Shown: positions 1-14,100 of the stretch, piece after piece
Position numbering within the stretch: the stretch's first letter is position 1
Layout of the letters: each line of letters opens with the position of its first letter
Assembly: GCF_963676685.1 (NCBI RefSeq)
Contig: NC_092350.1
Coordinates: 77,190,001 to 77,254,000 of the forward strand
Reading direction: 5' to 3'
Length of the DNA stretch: 64,000 nucleotides
Source of the DNA: Mytilus edulis
Lineage: Eukaryota
Notes under the pieces: model-generated
The model's input: the letters and a program-made list of their open reading frames with translations, nothing else
What the model was told of the DNA's origin: nothing
The model's database searches: none
Translations under genes and position numbers: made by a program

Positions 1-293
1 GTGACCTTGCTTCAGACCTCTGTTAAAAGTTTAACCAATGGATAGTTTTGTCTAAAAGTATCATTCCCTGTTTATTACAACATTGGGAAAGGTCTCTTAA
101 TGTTTTAAATACAACATTTTCTCTGTTTTCTACGTTCATTGGCAATCAAAAACTAAATGTTAGGTTTTACAGTCCTTTTTTGCATCAAGGTTTACCTCTA
201 CCTATCAGACAATTTCAAATCAACATTTTATTTATCCTGTCATATTCTACATTAATAATCAAATTGAGTGTAGCAAAATTAAACATCTTTTAA

Positions 294-540
294 GATGGCA
301 AAACATTGCCCGAGAACAGTCCTTTGTGCAGAGTTGCTATAGGTGACGAATACCACTATGTAATGGAATGCAACAGTCTACTGACAGATAGAGCACTACT
401 TATTGACAAGAAATATCTAACAAACTGTAATGTTTTAAAATATAATGCTATTATGAACCAAAAACAGAAATCTAAACTTCTAAAATTGTGCCAATTTATT
501 AGAATTATAAATGACAAACTGATCATACTGTTGTAATATA
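294..540 (+). pseudogene. 3' remnant of a non-LTR retrotransposon ORF2 (C-terminal CCHC-like region), 5'-truncated and frameshifted
   Basis: RWQNIARE / PLC…IGDEYHYVMEC…R…IDKKY…N..KY..IM…KL.KL..FI..I is typical of LINE ORF2 C-termini. Followed by a degenerate (GTAAT)n-like tail. Confidence 0.7.
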
Positions 541-875
541 ACTCATATGTACAATGCAATGTAATGTTAATTAATTAATATGTTTTTTTCTGTATACATT
601 TGTTCAACTTAAGTGATACCAGAATAAAATGATACAAATAAGAAAGATAATGTTTTTATCTATAATCAAATAGTGTATAATCAATACTGCAATCAATGCT
701 ACTTTTAAAACAAAAGGTGCTCTCTGTCACGTTCGTGTTGTACTTGTTCTAAGAACTTAGATGCTGATAAGTGTATAGTTTTTTATAATTATAATTTTAT
801 TCTATTGTCATTAAACATTTACAATGTTTGTGTTAATACAAGTTTAAACAAACAACAAAATAAAAACATAACATT

Positions 876-1469
876 AACTAGATGTGTCAAAGCGACACGA
901 ATGGCCCCGTCCCAAAAAGTTGAAAAATCTGCAATTTCAATAACACATGCGGACACAAACATGATGGTAGTCTCACATATCAAAAATCAGCTCAAAATCT
1001 GGAGGGGTATAGAATAAAATCCGTATAACTATGATTTTCAATAATTTATCAAAGTCCAAAGCCTGTAATTTCAGCAAAAATTAGCGAAGCGGAACAAAAC
1101 TTAAACTTGATCTGTAACTCATCATGGTTAACTCACATATCAAAAATCAGCCCAATATCTGAAGGCGTTAAGAAAAAAAGGTTGTATAACTGTGATTTTC
1201 AACAATTTCTCAAAGTCCAAAGTCTGTAATTTCGGCAAAAAATAGTGGAGCGGAACGAAACTAAAACTTGATCTGTAACTCATCATGGTTAACTCACATA
1301 CCAAAAATCAGCCCAATATCTGAATGCGTTTAGAAAAAAACTCCGTATAATGGTTTGTTGCGGAATGACAGAATGACGGAATTACGGAATATCGGAATTA
1401 CGGATTTCGGAATTTCGGACAAGGGTAAAACTATATGCCACCGACAACTTCGTTGCGGGGCCATAAAAA
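876..1469 (-). mobile_element. Non-autonomous Helentron-like element (HINE family F)
   Basis: Hairpin gtgtc-aaagc-gacac next to subTIR atggccccg, matching cggggccat at the other end. Internal ~150-bp tandem repeats, (ACGGA)-type microsatellite, ends in an A/T run. Confidence 0.75.
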
Positions 1470-1953
1470 TTTGCATACCAAATATCATTGACTTAACATT
1501 AGCTGTTCATTTTAAACTGATCTAATCACAAACTAATACATGTATACTAAGCAAAAGTTTCTAAGTGGATAGACCATGACTGAGGGAGGCAGGACAACAT
1601 ATTAACCATGGTAACTGGGTAATGAGATGTGCTAATGCTTAACAACTGAATACCTACCCTAAATGGTCGATCCCCCTTGAAATGACCCAATCACAAACTA
1701 ATACATGTTAATTTAGCAATATTTCCGAAGACAATAGACCATGACTAAGGGGGTGGAGCCAAATAATCTTCAATTGCTTATAGTTTAAGAAAAACAGACC
1801 AAAACACAAAAACTTAACACTGCATGAGCAATGAGCCTTCAAAATGAGGTCAAGGTAAAATAAAACCTGCTCAACTGACATACAGATCATAAAATATTTC
1901 TATAAACCAAATATAGTTGACCTATTGCAAATTATAGTACTGTATAAGAAAAA

Positions 1954-3530
1954 AACAAGAGTGCATATACGCTGAAATGTCTTGCCTTCTAAACTAATCA
2001 TTGATTTTATGTTGATAGTTATAAATATAAAGCTTTATTACAACTGTCACATAAACTAAACATTAACCAAGAAACATTGAGCAATGAACCATAAAAATTA
2101 GGTCAAGGTCAGATGAACCATGCCAGGCAGGCATGTCCAGCTAACAATTCTTCCATACAACAAATACAGTTGACCTATTCAGAGATCCAGATAATTCACA
2201 AAATTGGGGTTTTTACCCACCATTTTTTATGCAATTGAGTGATAAAGTTTTTAAATTGTATTATCAATTCCAATTCACCCTTCAAGCAAATATCAAATTT
2301 GTTTTTTCACCACCAAGCTCCTTAATGTATTGGGTTTTTTCATCAACAGGGTATTGAATATCTAGGCATGTATATCAAACCAAGATGTTATTTGTTAACT
2401 TCCATCTTTTAAAATATGTATGTCATTGTGATAGCTGTTTTATTTTGTTTATATACTGATGAGCAGTTTTAACTGTTCGGCCAGTTTTGTATTTCTAACT
2501 ATGTAGTAGATAAGGTTAGATAACGCAAACGATAGCGAATAAAAGCATGAACTCATGGTTTTGGCATAAAATTGGGTTTTCCTTAGAATGAGTTTTTGAA
2601 CTCTGCGATGGGCAATTACATTGGGTTTTTTATTAGTTCTATTGTGTGCAGCTTATCTGGTGCTCTGCCTATTGCTTATAATATAGTTTAAGAAATAAAA
2701 CGACCAAAACACAAAAACTTAACACTGAGTAATGAACCTTGAAAATTAGGTCAAGGTCAAATAAAACCTGCACGACTGACATAAAGATCATAAAATATTT
2801 CCATACACCAAATATAGTTGACCTATTGCATATAGTATAAGGAAAAAAGACCAAAGCTCAAAAACTTAACTTAACTTTGACCACTGAACCATGAAAATGA
2901 GGTTAAGGTTAGATGACACCTGCCAGCTAGAAATGTACACCTTACAATCATTCCATACACCAAATTTAGTAGACCTATTGCTACAGTATTAGAAAAACAG
3001 ACCAAAACACAAAATTAACTATAACCACTGAACCATGAAAATGAAGTCAAGGTCAGATAACACCTGCCAGTTGGACATGTTCACCTTTCAGTCCTTCCAT
3101 ACACCGAACATACTAGACCAATTGCTTATAGTATCTGAGATATGGACTTGATCACCAAAACTTAACCTTGTTCACTGTTGGCGTCCATGAAATGAGGTCA
3201 TGTTCAAGTGAAAACTGTCTGACATACATGAGGACCTTGCAAGGTACCCAGATACCAAATACAGTTAACCTGTTACTCATAATAAGAGAGAATTTAACAT
3301 TACAAAAAATCTTTACTTTCTTTTAGTCACTGAACCAGGAAAATGAGGTCAAGGTCAATAGAAATGTGACAGATGGAAACTTTGTAACATGAGGCATACA
3401 AAGTTTGAAGCATCCAGGTCTTTCACCTTTTAAAATATAAAGCTTTTAAGAAGTTAGCTAACGCTGCCACGTAGCCTCCAGATTCTATCCTTAAGTCGAG
3501 CTTTCTGCAACATAAGTCACAGGCTCGACA
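1954..3530 (-). mobile_element. HINE family B copy (older), interrupted by a TIR element
   Basis: Starts aacaagagtgca.acgctgaaatgtct and ends gtcgagctttctgcaac…gctcgaca. Collinear with 51370-52468. Confidence 0.8.
2180..2667. mobile_element. MITE, imperfect ~15-bp TIR (CAGAG..CCAGATAA), 6-bp TSD CCTATT
   Basis: CCTATT at 2174-2179 and 2668-2673. Removing the insert restores the host gacctattgcttata. Confidence 0.75.
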
Positions 3531-4684
3531 ATAAACTACATAAAAATATCAAGTCAATAGCTTCATGCATGACAAAAGAAGCTGTTGAAAACTGATTATT
3601 TGAGTGAATTTTCTGTGCCCAAAAGCTCCACAAAATGATCAGACTGGAAAAAAAATCAAACTTGATCTGTCGTTACCTGTCATGATGAAACTATATACAT
3701 GTACTAATTATCAAATTAAAATCTTCAAGAATGACAAAAATAAGGTTGGAAAACTGATTATTTTAATGAATTTTCGAAGTCAAAGGACCATAACTCTGAA
3801 CAAAATCATCAGACTAGAACACATTTTTTTATACACGAGCCAAAACAAATAGTCAACCCACTCCATACATACTTCAGTGATAATCTTTTTATAATCAACA
3901 AAAATTTGTGGGAATATTTTTTTTAATTTATAGATCTGCCTCTGAAAACTATTTGAGTTATTCAATTAATTTTACAACTTAAAATAATTACCAAAAGGAA
4001 AATTTGTATACAGATATATACATGATATATATCATACAATATATCATATATTAAGATAAAAGTTATTATTGATTGTGCTTCATGCACTAAAAGAGGGATG
4101 AAAAATACCAGAGAGACAGTCAAACTCATAGATCGAAAAAAACTCCCAAGGAGTCCTGACACAAATTCCAAAATCTCATCTATTAGCACATCCTTAATAA
4201 GTGTCAACTTTGCAAGAGCAACTTTATAGCTTAACTTTGTATAAAGTAGAGATGTATTCTAAGATTTTTAGTTTTCAGCAGTTCATCTTATATATGAATT
4301 GCCTCTGTGTTACATTAAAACATGGTTATTACTGGGAACTCTGAAAGAATTATATTGACATGGGAACTAATTCAGAAATTAAAGTCTAGGTCAGTATGAT
4401 GACTCTGCAGTTTTGTCAATCTGTTAGGCATAGGCATTACTAATATTATACCATCTATCTGTATCCATGGAAACGAATGAATCCCAAGTTTGTAAATGTT
4501 GTTCAGATGAGGACCATTGTATGCATTTGCCTTCTATATATTGGCAGAAAAAATTCTCTAAAATGCATTTTTTGTAATTGATGTTTTTTTTAATTTTAAA
4601 TACTCTTAATTTCCTCGGTTATTGGAGCATCTCTTGAGAGCTGTGAGGGTACAGTGGAATCCATGTACACTCCCTTTCGAGGTA

Positions 4685-4920
4685 AACAAGAGTGCACACG
4701 CTGAAATGTCTCGCCTTCTATACTAATCATTGATATTATGTTGATAGTCCTAAGTATAAAGCTAAGCTTTAATACAACTTTCACATAAACTTAACATTAA
4801 CCAAGATAACTAAACAAAGACCAATGAACCTTGAAAATGAGGTCAAGGTCAGATGAACCATGCCAGGCAGACATGTACAGCTAACAATGCTTCTATACAA
4901 CATATATAAATGACCTATTA
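4685..4920 (-). mobile_element. Truncated HINE family B copy
   Basis: Near-identical to 51370-51600. Confidence 0.8.
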
Positions 4921-5229
4921 TGGTGGGAACAGACAAATGGAAGAGATATCAGTAGATTGATCTCCAGGACAAAAAGTAAGGAACAACTTAGGCCAACTTG
5001 GGTTTAAACTCTGGTCTGGGTATCAGAATACCAGACAATTGTGTGGGATGGTGAAAATCATCCTTCTGATGTTTTGACCAATGCAAATTGAGTATCAAAA
5101 TTTTAAATGTGCTTTTCATTCTGCAAAACATATAAAGTCACAATATTTGAAACCATTGCCAAAATTTCACAATATTTATTTACTTATACTCACACATGCA
5201 AACTTTTTCAAATATAAAACGAAAACAAA

Positions 5230-8030
5230 CTGACCAAATCATTGTATTTATTATATATGAAAAATAGTAATTAAATAATTTTCAGCATGTTCTATTTGAA
5301 ATATTTTGATCTAACATATAATACGTCAACACTGTAAGTGTTCATCATAAGAAAATACTTTTCAAATTAAAAAAAATATAAAAGCAAAATACTAATTAAC
5401 ACTACCTTCTTAAGCATGAAATTATTTAGCTTTATTCAAAGAAAAAGAAAAAGAAAAAACACAAATGTCAGGCATAGATATAATGTTTCTTAAACAATAG
5501 AGTATAGTCTGCAAATAAAAATATCTGCAAATTAAAATTTAAAACTGTAAGCTCCCAGGAGCATGCAATGCTCACTTACATTCATAAACAACACTGGAAT
5601 GTGTTCTCCCTAAATTTCCAGAAGGTATCATACATAGGCAGAGGAAGAGGTAACATGAAGTGAAAATCCCCATTCTTATAACACAGAGTACAGACCTCAA
5701 TGTTTATGTCAACACTTTCAAAGTTGTCTGGTTTAGAAATCAAAGAAGTCAATTGTTTACAAAAATGAGGCAACCATTACCAATAAAGTGATAAGTTATA
5801 TAAGTCTGGAACGTGATGGAACATTTTGGTCAGGTCTTTTTATAATTTAAAATGCATAAGATTCCTTATATGTCCCACTTTCTCCTTACATAAAATCAAG
5901 AACATCACCAAGCATAATGCAATGATACCCAATTTACAGGAAATTTTCTTCACAGTTCCCATAATTTAAAAAAATTAATTAACGTATAACTTCAAACTTA
6001 AAAAAGATTTGATTACATAGATCATGCATGACCCTGTGTTTAATGATTCTTAGGACATTATAAACATAAAGAGATTGTTCTAAACAGTTATCTATTCAAT
6101 ATGAACTTTTCACCAATAACTTTTTTCTCAGCAGAAAAAGTTTTTATGTCTGCATATGAAATGTAATTGATAAAATCACTTACAAAATATAAACAAGGCA
6201 AACACAAAAAAATGATTTATTCTTGGAACAAATATATTGTGTGTATTCAATTAAATAATATATCATAAATACTAAAGTTGCACTTTATAAATGATATTTA
6301 TGCATAAATTCTTTACAGATTAAATACAATATGAATAATACATTGGTTTAAATATATTCTGCTTCATGAGCACTAAACTACAAACAGTTCTAACAAATTA
6401 TGTGTATATCACAGTCTTACATTAATCACAGAAATTTGATTCTTTTATGTTAACAAATCAATCATGTACAATGAAAAGTATAATGGCTATCATAATATTA
6501 TACAATGACACATTTTACAATCCTGTTAATAATACCTACATACTATTTCTTTAAAACAATTAAAATACATTGACTTTTTAACATTTATTTCTCACATAAG
6601 ATAAACTTTCTGTACAGACAGTAGACACTTTCCTTATCAATTCATGTTTTTGTTTATCATGGTTGTTAGGGGAACAGGAGAGAGACAACAACTCCATACA
6701 CAATCAAAACAAAACTACATGTAGAGGTTTATCAGTAATTCACAGTAATATACATTTCCTAGGGATTTTGTATCTGAAAAAGTCTCCATAGAAAAGCAAT
6801 GAAACATTCTATAGTGATGACAAATTAATATACTATGTTATATAAACAATTAACTACATAAAAATAAACAATTAAATGCAGAAATCAGCAGGTTTTCTTC
6901 TATTAAGTACAAGACCATATAAAAATAACAGTTCTACATTTGGCACATTTAGAATAGGCTTAGCAAGTCAAACATGTATTTAATGTTAAATGTTGTAAAG
7001 GTTTTTTATTAGGACAACATTACAACAATCTTTCATTTCATTCATTAAAATAAATATATTAAAGGTTGATAATCAGCCAAGATTTAGCCAAGGTGAAAAA
7101 AAAAGACTTTCCCTTCCCATACCACCAAAGAAATATTCTGATTGAATCAGAAAACAAACAGAAATGTGTTTACAAAATATACCCTGTATGAACCCTGTCA
7201 AAAAACTTTTTAATTATATTAGAAGGGATATGTTTTACCTCTGTGTTAAAAATAATATTAAATAGTTTATCTTAAAATATAAGTTTAAGCATAAATATAT
7301 AGACCAGTTATATCCTGGAATGATTATATATACTGTAAAAAGTTTTGTTCAATGTAAAATCACTGTCTGCACTACACACATGTCTACAGTTAAATGTTTA
7401 AAACAAATGCCTATTCCAAATCGTTTACTCATTTTTTCCAGAATCATCACATTTAAAGACACAAAAAGGATTAATTCCTGAAAGCTATTAAAAGTAAGCA
7501 TTTAAGCTTCTGTTTTGCCTTAAAAATCAATCTTTGGCATAGGAAAATTTCACATAAACATATAAATGCATTATTTTAATTTCATTGATTTAGCCACCCA
7601 GTGTATCATATACATAAAAGTAATCCCTGAATTCTTTAGCAGCATTCTTCCTTTAATAATTATTTGATAAGTTCCACCTGATAAGGTTTATCTTAAAGGG
7701 CTTCATAATTAAACCACAGACTTTCCAAAATTGTTAAGGGGTAAATTATAATATGGTCTACATAATACTCATGTATGTAAATGTATATTACTAATTACAA
7801 GTGCATGTTCAGTATTGTAATACATTCATATGGTAATATCAGTTAGACATGTGAAGAAATCAGTTTTACATTTCTATAATAAATCCTCTCTAAATTATGT
7901 TGCTGTTTAAGCCTTACTCAATCAGGTGAAATTAATGAGGTAACAACCATGGAATGAGATTATTAGTCAACAGTATACTGCAATAAACTTATATCCTAGC
8001 GCATTAAAGCATCTTCTCCTCAGTCCAGTC
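5230..8030 (-). other. Probable long 3' UTR with candidate poly(A) signal AATAAA at 5252-5247
   Basis: ~2.8 kb with no recognisable repeats. AATAAA is followed on the minus strand by a GT/T-rich tract (cagtttgttttcgttttat). Other AATAAA hexamers exist in the tract. Confidence 0.4.
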
Positions 8031-8186
8031 CTACCATGTTGAAAATAATGGTGGTCTTGGCATAGGTGGCAAGAAGTCTACATTGTGTTGAGACGCGAGT
8101 TGTTGAAGTCCATTGTTGAACTTGTTATGTGGAGTCATGAAAGGATTCGGTGGTGTTGAAGTTCTTTCATTCTGTTCATCTTCCTG
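8031..8186 (-). CDS. Last coding exon 16b (QEDEQNERTSTPPNPFMTPHNKFNNGLQQLASQHNVDFLPPMPRPPLFSTW*)
   Basis: Acceptor tttaatttcag|CAG (NAGNAG), open in phase 0 for 51 codons to TAG. Followed by a long repeat-free AT-rich tract. Confidence 0.8.
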   Translation of the reverse strand, partial: QEDEQNERTSTPPNPFMTPHNKFNNGLQQLASQHNVDFLPPMPRPPLFSTW

Positions 8187-11100
8187 CTGAAATTAAATAA
8201 AAACTTAACATTAGAAACATACATCAAATTCTAGACATAACTCAAATAATAACATACCTTATATAATTTAAAAGAATTAAGTAAAGAAATATATCTTTCT
8301 TTTTAGGGAACAGTTCTTTTAATGAACCTTGTTTTGTTTTTTTGAAGATCTCAATATATTGTATTTATATGATAATGTTCAAAAAAAAATTGTAGAAAAA
8401 ACAAGACCCAAACAATTGTTGTATCAATATAGGTGTATTCTATAGTGTATATTGTATTCTACAATTCAGAAACATCAATATTAGATTTTACTATGAGAGA
8501 ATTAATTTTTTTTTATAGAAGAAAAGAAAACTTGTCAAACTATGAAACATATCCCAAGTCAGGAGCCTGTAATTCATTGGTTGTCCACGGTTGCAGTGTG
8601 CCATATTTGTTTAATAATCAAACAGGCCATTTGTTTTATATTTTGAATCTGTTTCAGTTTGTTATGTCTTTTAAGAATCCAGGTATTGGATGTTGCTCAT
8701 TGTTAAAGGCCCAATATTTTGTCTCCTGTAGATGGTAGTCTCATTGGTAAATATATCAATTATGTTTTAACATTGTAACAACCTTCAGTGAAATGACAAT
8801 CTCAAACATATTACTTTTAACTGAGGACATGGAACTTTGGTAGAACCAATAATTAAACAACTAGAAATTTCAATTTACCCATTTTGTTCATATAGCTTAT
8901 AAAACTCTTAGTAAGAACACATGTTACTATAAAAACAAATTGGGGTATAGAAACTGCTTTAACCATCATCTATTTGTGATGTATGAAAACAATGATATTA
9001 AATTACAGATGCATTTTAACAGTTATATTGGTTGGTTAATGTATTTTAATATGTTAGACCTGCACACATTAGCATTGATTTATATGCTATAATTTGCCTG
9101 GAAAATCTCGTGTAATGTCAATGGTATCATCCATATTTATTTTTGGAACCTGAACAATTTTTAACAGTCTTATATGCAGGCTTAAGCAAAAAAGTGAAAT
9201 TACAATACAATGTAGCAGATAAACAAAGATAGAAATATGTCACAACAAGATATATATATATATCACATGCAACTCTCTAAACAGCAATTTGAGGGACTTT
9301 GCTTATTTTTTGGTGAATACCAGTGGTAATTTGAACATAAAAGTATTCTGAAAATCAGAAATGTATTTTATGTGTATCTTAACAAAAGAATAGTCAGCTG
9401 TTTTTTTTTTTATTACAAATGCATTATATGAATTTTGGTTAATTTTGGTATATCTTATGTATAACTTATCTCTATCAACGAGTGGCCATTATTTTGTAAA
9501 TCTTATTGATCAGATAATTTTGATAACAAGTGTCACAATTTTTTACAAAATATTTCTTGAAATTCTTAGTCTAACCACAATTATTAGAATTACTGGAGAA
9601 CTTTGCTATTGTTCATACTGCGCTAGTTTTAGTGTTGAATGATGTCTGCTATACTTGATATTACAGATGTACAAAACTTTGAGAGAAATTCATATCTGTA
9701 TTTGTATTTGCTCAGTTAATGAAGACTTGATTTATCCTAAAAATCTTTAAACTCAGTTTTATCATTGTGAAAATGTCACTTCAAACTGTAACAGTCTTTC
9801 ATAAAAAACACATGAATATCAACAAACAATGAAACATTAGTACAATGGTCACATAATAAGAAATTTTAACACACAACAAAAACTTAACACAAACCAACCA
9901 AAATAGTTTAAAGTAAATGTTTGCATGAATAAAATTTAGGACTTTTTTCAAGGATGTTCTTCTGAAAAATATATCTCTAACAACTTTTCTTCATTATTCT
10001 TAATCAAATACAGAAATTTTGGAAGACTCAGAAAGAATCTCCAAAATATGTTTTATCTATTTTTACACAGTTACAAATATATTTCATTTTATTTTAATAA
10101 ATCATCAAAATCTGAAATAGAAAATAAACCCTAAAATAAAAATCTTATCAGGAAATCCCTGATGTTGTTTATATAAATAAATGATCAATTACCTTTTGGA
10201 CCATTATTTATACAGGTACACAAAATAAACCTTACTTAGGCCCATCTTCAGAATTAGCAAATAGCATTGGTAAGACATCATCTCAAAAGTCGACTTATAA
10301 ATAAAGGTATTTCTCTATAAAAATAACTTACATAAAAATCTAGTTACTACTAGGTTTTCATTAGAATCTGATAAATATTAGTATAAAGGAACATGTAAGT
10401 ACATCTTGGTTTAACTTTGAAAAAAACTGCACCCATCCAATAAAACAAAGTTAAAAGGCATTTTAATTCTGTGTTTTGTCTGTTATTAAGAATGACATTC
10501 CATATTCATCTTTAAATTCTGATACAATTTTACAATATGAGACCATGGTTAAAAAAAGTTCATGGTAATGTAGATTGCAGTAAAAAATACCTATTCATGA
10601 GAGTTAATTATTTTACAAATAATTCCACTTTTGAGATGATCTCTAATCTGTTATTAGAAAAAGAAAAAATGAATCAGTGTTGCTGTGTAAAACACACCTA
10701 AATTATGAACTGAAGCGCACGAGAGAAGTCAATCGGTTGTCATAAGCTTGGGCAAACTCTTGTTGCAGAGGAGAATGAAAAGGCGATGGTTGTCCAATAC
10801 GTATTGAGCCAGCCTAAAAATAGAGTTGTGTCAAAACTGATTAACATTTAAACATATAAAAATACCATGTGCATGGACATTAGTGAAAAGAAACACATCC
10901 CTTGTACTACAATGAAAATGAGATTTCCAGAAATTAAAAAAAAATGTAGTTAAAGTTCAACAATGTATCAATAAGAAACCAATTTGTAATAATTACTGAT
11001 ATTTTCAAAATAATGTGGGAACATGACTTTTTTTAATAGTTGTATTCTTCAATAATTAAAATTTTAACGTTCATTTCTTGAAATCTCAGTTTCATTCTAA

Positions 11101-14100
11101 ATACAAGATTTAATAAACTCAAACAATAAATAATTAAAACAACAGAATTATAATGTATAAGATCCACACATTATTTGAAAAATAAACATCTATATAAACC
11201 TCTATTCCAACACCAGAGTTATCTAGCAAACACAAAATACTAATAATAAACATTATTCTGTGAAACTAAGGAGCAAAGTATTATTTGTGTATTTATTGAA
11301 TGCTTGCTGATCAAATAATTATCAAATTGAGAAAAGACCAAAATATTCCTAAATCATCCAAAAACACAATAATTCATGCTCAGTAATTCTACCTGAACTT
11401 CTCAAAAATATTTTCATAATTTTAAAGAAAGATCTCCATTTAGTCACATGAAATTCTATGAGTTATCCCCCTTTGAATAGGTATCTAAAACTGACCAACA
11501 CCGATTGGAATAAAGGATTACATACAACCAAACAGTGAAAACCTTTACATTTAATCAGTGTTCTGGTGTGGTAAGGAGATAATTCAGGAAGCTAGATTTC
11601 TGAAATATCCAAAATAAAAATAATACGTTATATTTAGAAGTTTTTCACATTTTGCTTTCTTATTTTGTTGTTGTTGATAAATGAATGACTTTAAAATCAC
11701 GGAGTCTTTCAAAAAAGAATATTTGACAAAGTCACGTTCTTGTGCATGTGCCAAGTCAGGGTTTTTATTGTTTTCTGATTACTGATAATCAACAAAAAGT
11801 TGTATCTGAGTCTTTTCTTACTGTCACATCTTCATAAGACCTAAAAATTCATACTTAACAATATCCTCTCAAGGTACATTGAACAATATAACCATTATAT
11901 GTTTCTTAAACAAAAATTAATAACACTCAAACACTATTAAAAATCACTTCAAAATGACTAAATTGCTAGAATTTTCATTTCCATCAACATGTCTATATCT
12001 AGTGAATATAATTATCCAAAATTTGTGCAGTATGCAACTTTTCATATGTGCTACAGTCACCTATATAAATTATGTGCTGGGATTAATAGATATAAGATGA
12101 GACTATCTGACATCTTATTGAATTTCTGGTAGGTGTAGAACAAAGGATGTTTGGAAGGATTTTTTTTAATCTTACAAAAAAAACCCACATAACATGAGAA
12201 TGTATTGTGATGAATATAAGGTAAAGTTGTAGAAGTTGATCAGTTTGAGCTGAGCAATACTCATTTCAAATCAATAAAGATCTTGGCACTGGTCTTGACA
12301 AGTGAGCAACAAAATTAGATGTGCATATAACAATAAGGAATGTGGTATTATTGCCAATGAGTCAGCTATCAACCAGTCTAAATGAAGTGGATGTAAACTA
12401 TGATTTTTCACTTTCCTGGGAGCCAATGTTTATGGTTGTCTAGAAAAGTTACATTATAGGAAATTTGATGTTTTTATGTTTCATATTTCAGGGTGCCTAT
12501 TAATGAAATTTGCAAGTGATTAATGTATTATGAAAATAGAAATGACACAAAATAAATTTGTTATCAATCCACAAACAAACAGACACACACACATACAGTA
12601 GAAAATAATAATGTGCATCTTGAAGATAAGTGATTAAGAAAGGTTACAACAAATCAACCTTTTATGATTTTGAAGTTGATACAGATTATAAGTAGAAGTT
12701 TGTTGAGGGAACCTAATACATCCATATCCAGAGAAAATTCAGTTACATTATCCAGATATATTGTTAATTGATAGCAGGGGACGAAAATTAGTGCTGATCC
12801 AGGGGTCTGAATCCAGTAGAATTTGCTTTAGACCAATGAGATTTGTCAGCTACAGTAGTTGTCCGATGAATGATAATATTAGAAAATAACTATATATTTT
12901 GGTGGAGAATTCCAGAACTCTCAATTTGTTTCTTGGTACTTGCTCATGAACAATCAGAACAGTACAAAACTATCTACAGGAATAAAGGAAAGAAAAGCAC
13001 CCGAGGAATCAAAGGCAGGGAAAATTATTCAAACTTAAAGGACCAGTAGATTTGGAGCAAGACCAGTAGACTTTTCAGTCCACTGGTCCGGCTGGCCAGG
13101 TCACAAAAAGCTTAAATTGGACCCCTGATTGATAGATATTGAATTTAAACAAGGGAAACCAACACCTGCAATGATAATCGTGCAGTTGGGTAATAGTGGG
13201 TGGATACCAAAAGGTATTCACAGTTGTCTTTCATTAGATAAGTAAAATAAAATAATAATAAAATTCAGGACTTCTCATTTTAGCTTGTTGGCGAAACATT
13301 TTGACCAGAATGAACTTTTACTGTGCAGAAATTGATGGGTGTTGTTGTCTTTATTATTGTTTTATTGATAGATATCGTTAAAAGCATTTAATTTCTATGC
13401 AAAATTTTGTATTCTTTTATTTTGATTTAAAAAAAAATGTTTTTAATAGAAGGGTTTCACATGTATCACTAAGGACTGTTTTATGCTATACAACAACAGC
13501 AAGAAGTGTACATGTTATCTTATTTTGAACATAAAATTTGTTCCAACTAAATTTGTCAAGAATCAGCCTTAAAATTTTCTTTTTAAAGCTTAAAAATGTA
13601 CAAATAATGTCTGACATGCAAAACAATTCTTCTCAGGTTAAATGAAGTGTTTTTTTATGCAGGAGGAATTATTTATATATTGAATTTTTTCTTAACTGCT
13701 AGATATATTAAATTAATTTGTTGAAATCTTTTCATGATAAAGAATAAGTGGAAACCAGGCAGTGCAAAAGAATGAAATGTCCATGCAATAGTTCACTGAT
13801 CATCAAATAATATAGTCAGTTATAAATAGAAAGATAGAAAAGGGAATACATTATGCTTAATCTACTTAAAAAGTTTTTAATCTCCTCTGTTATCAGATAT
13901 TTGAAGAAAAATATTCCAATAGTTATGAGAATTTTTTTTTACATCAGATAGTTTAATACTGAGTTTTTGTAAAAATCAAAATTGATGTTTTCAATCTTCT
14001 TGTTTCAAAATATTAATGAAATTGAATCTAGCATTTATGACGATTATGAAAAAAGTATTTGCATTCAAAATCTGGAATAGACTTATCATGCTTAGTATTT

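Noticed and set aside
4140-5090. GC-richer, coding-looking patches on the minus strand (…LAKLTLIKDVLIDEILEFVSG…)
   Set aside because: Interrupted by stops and insertions, with no recognisable domain; at best an unidentifiable decayed element.
11555-11599. Possible third terminal exon (KSSFLNYLLTTPEH*) after a good acceptor on the minus strand
   Set aside because: Very short, with no homology or compositional support; cannot be distinguished from chance without RNA data.
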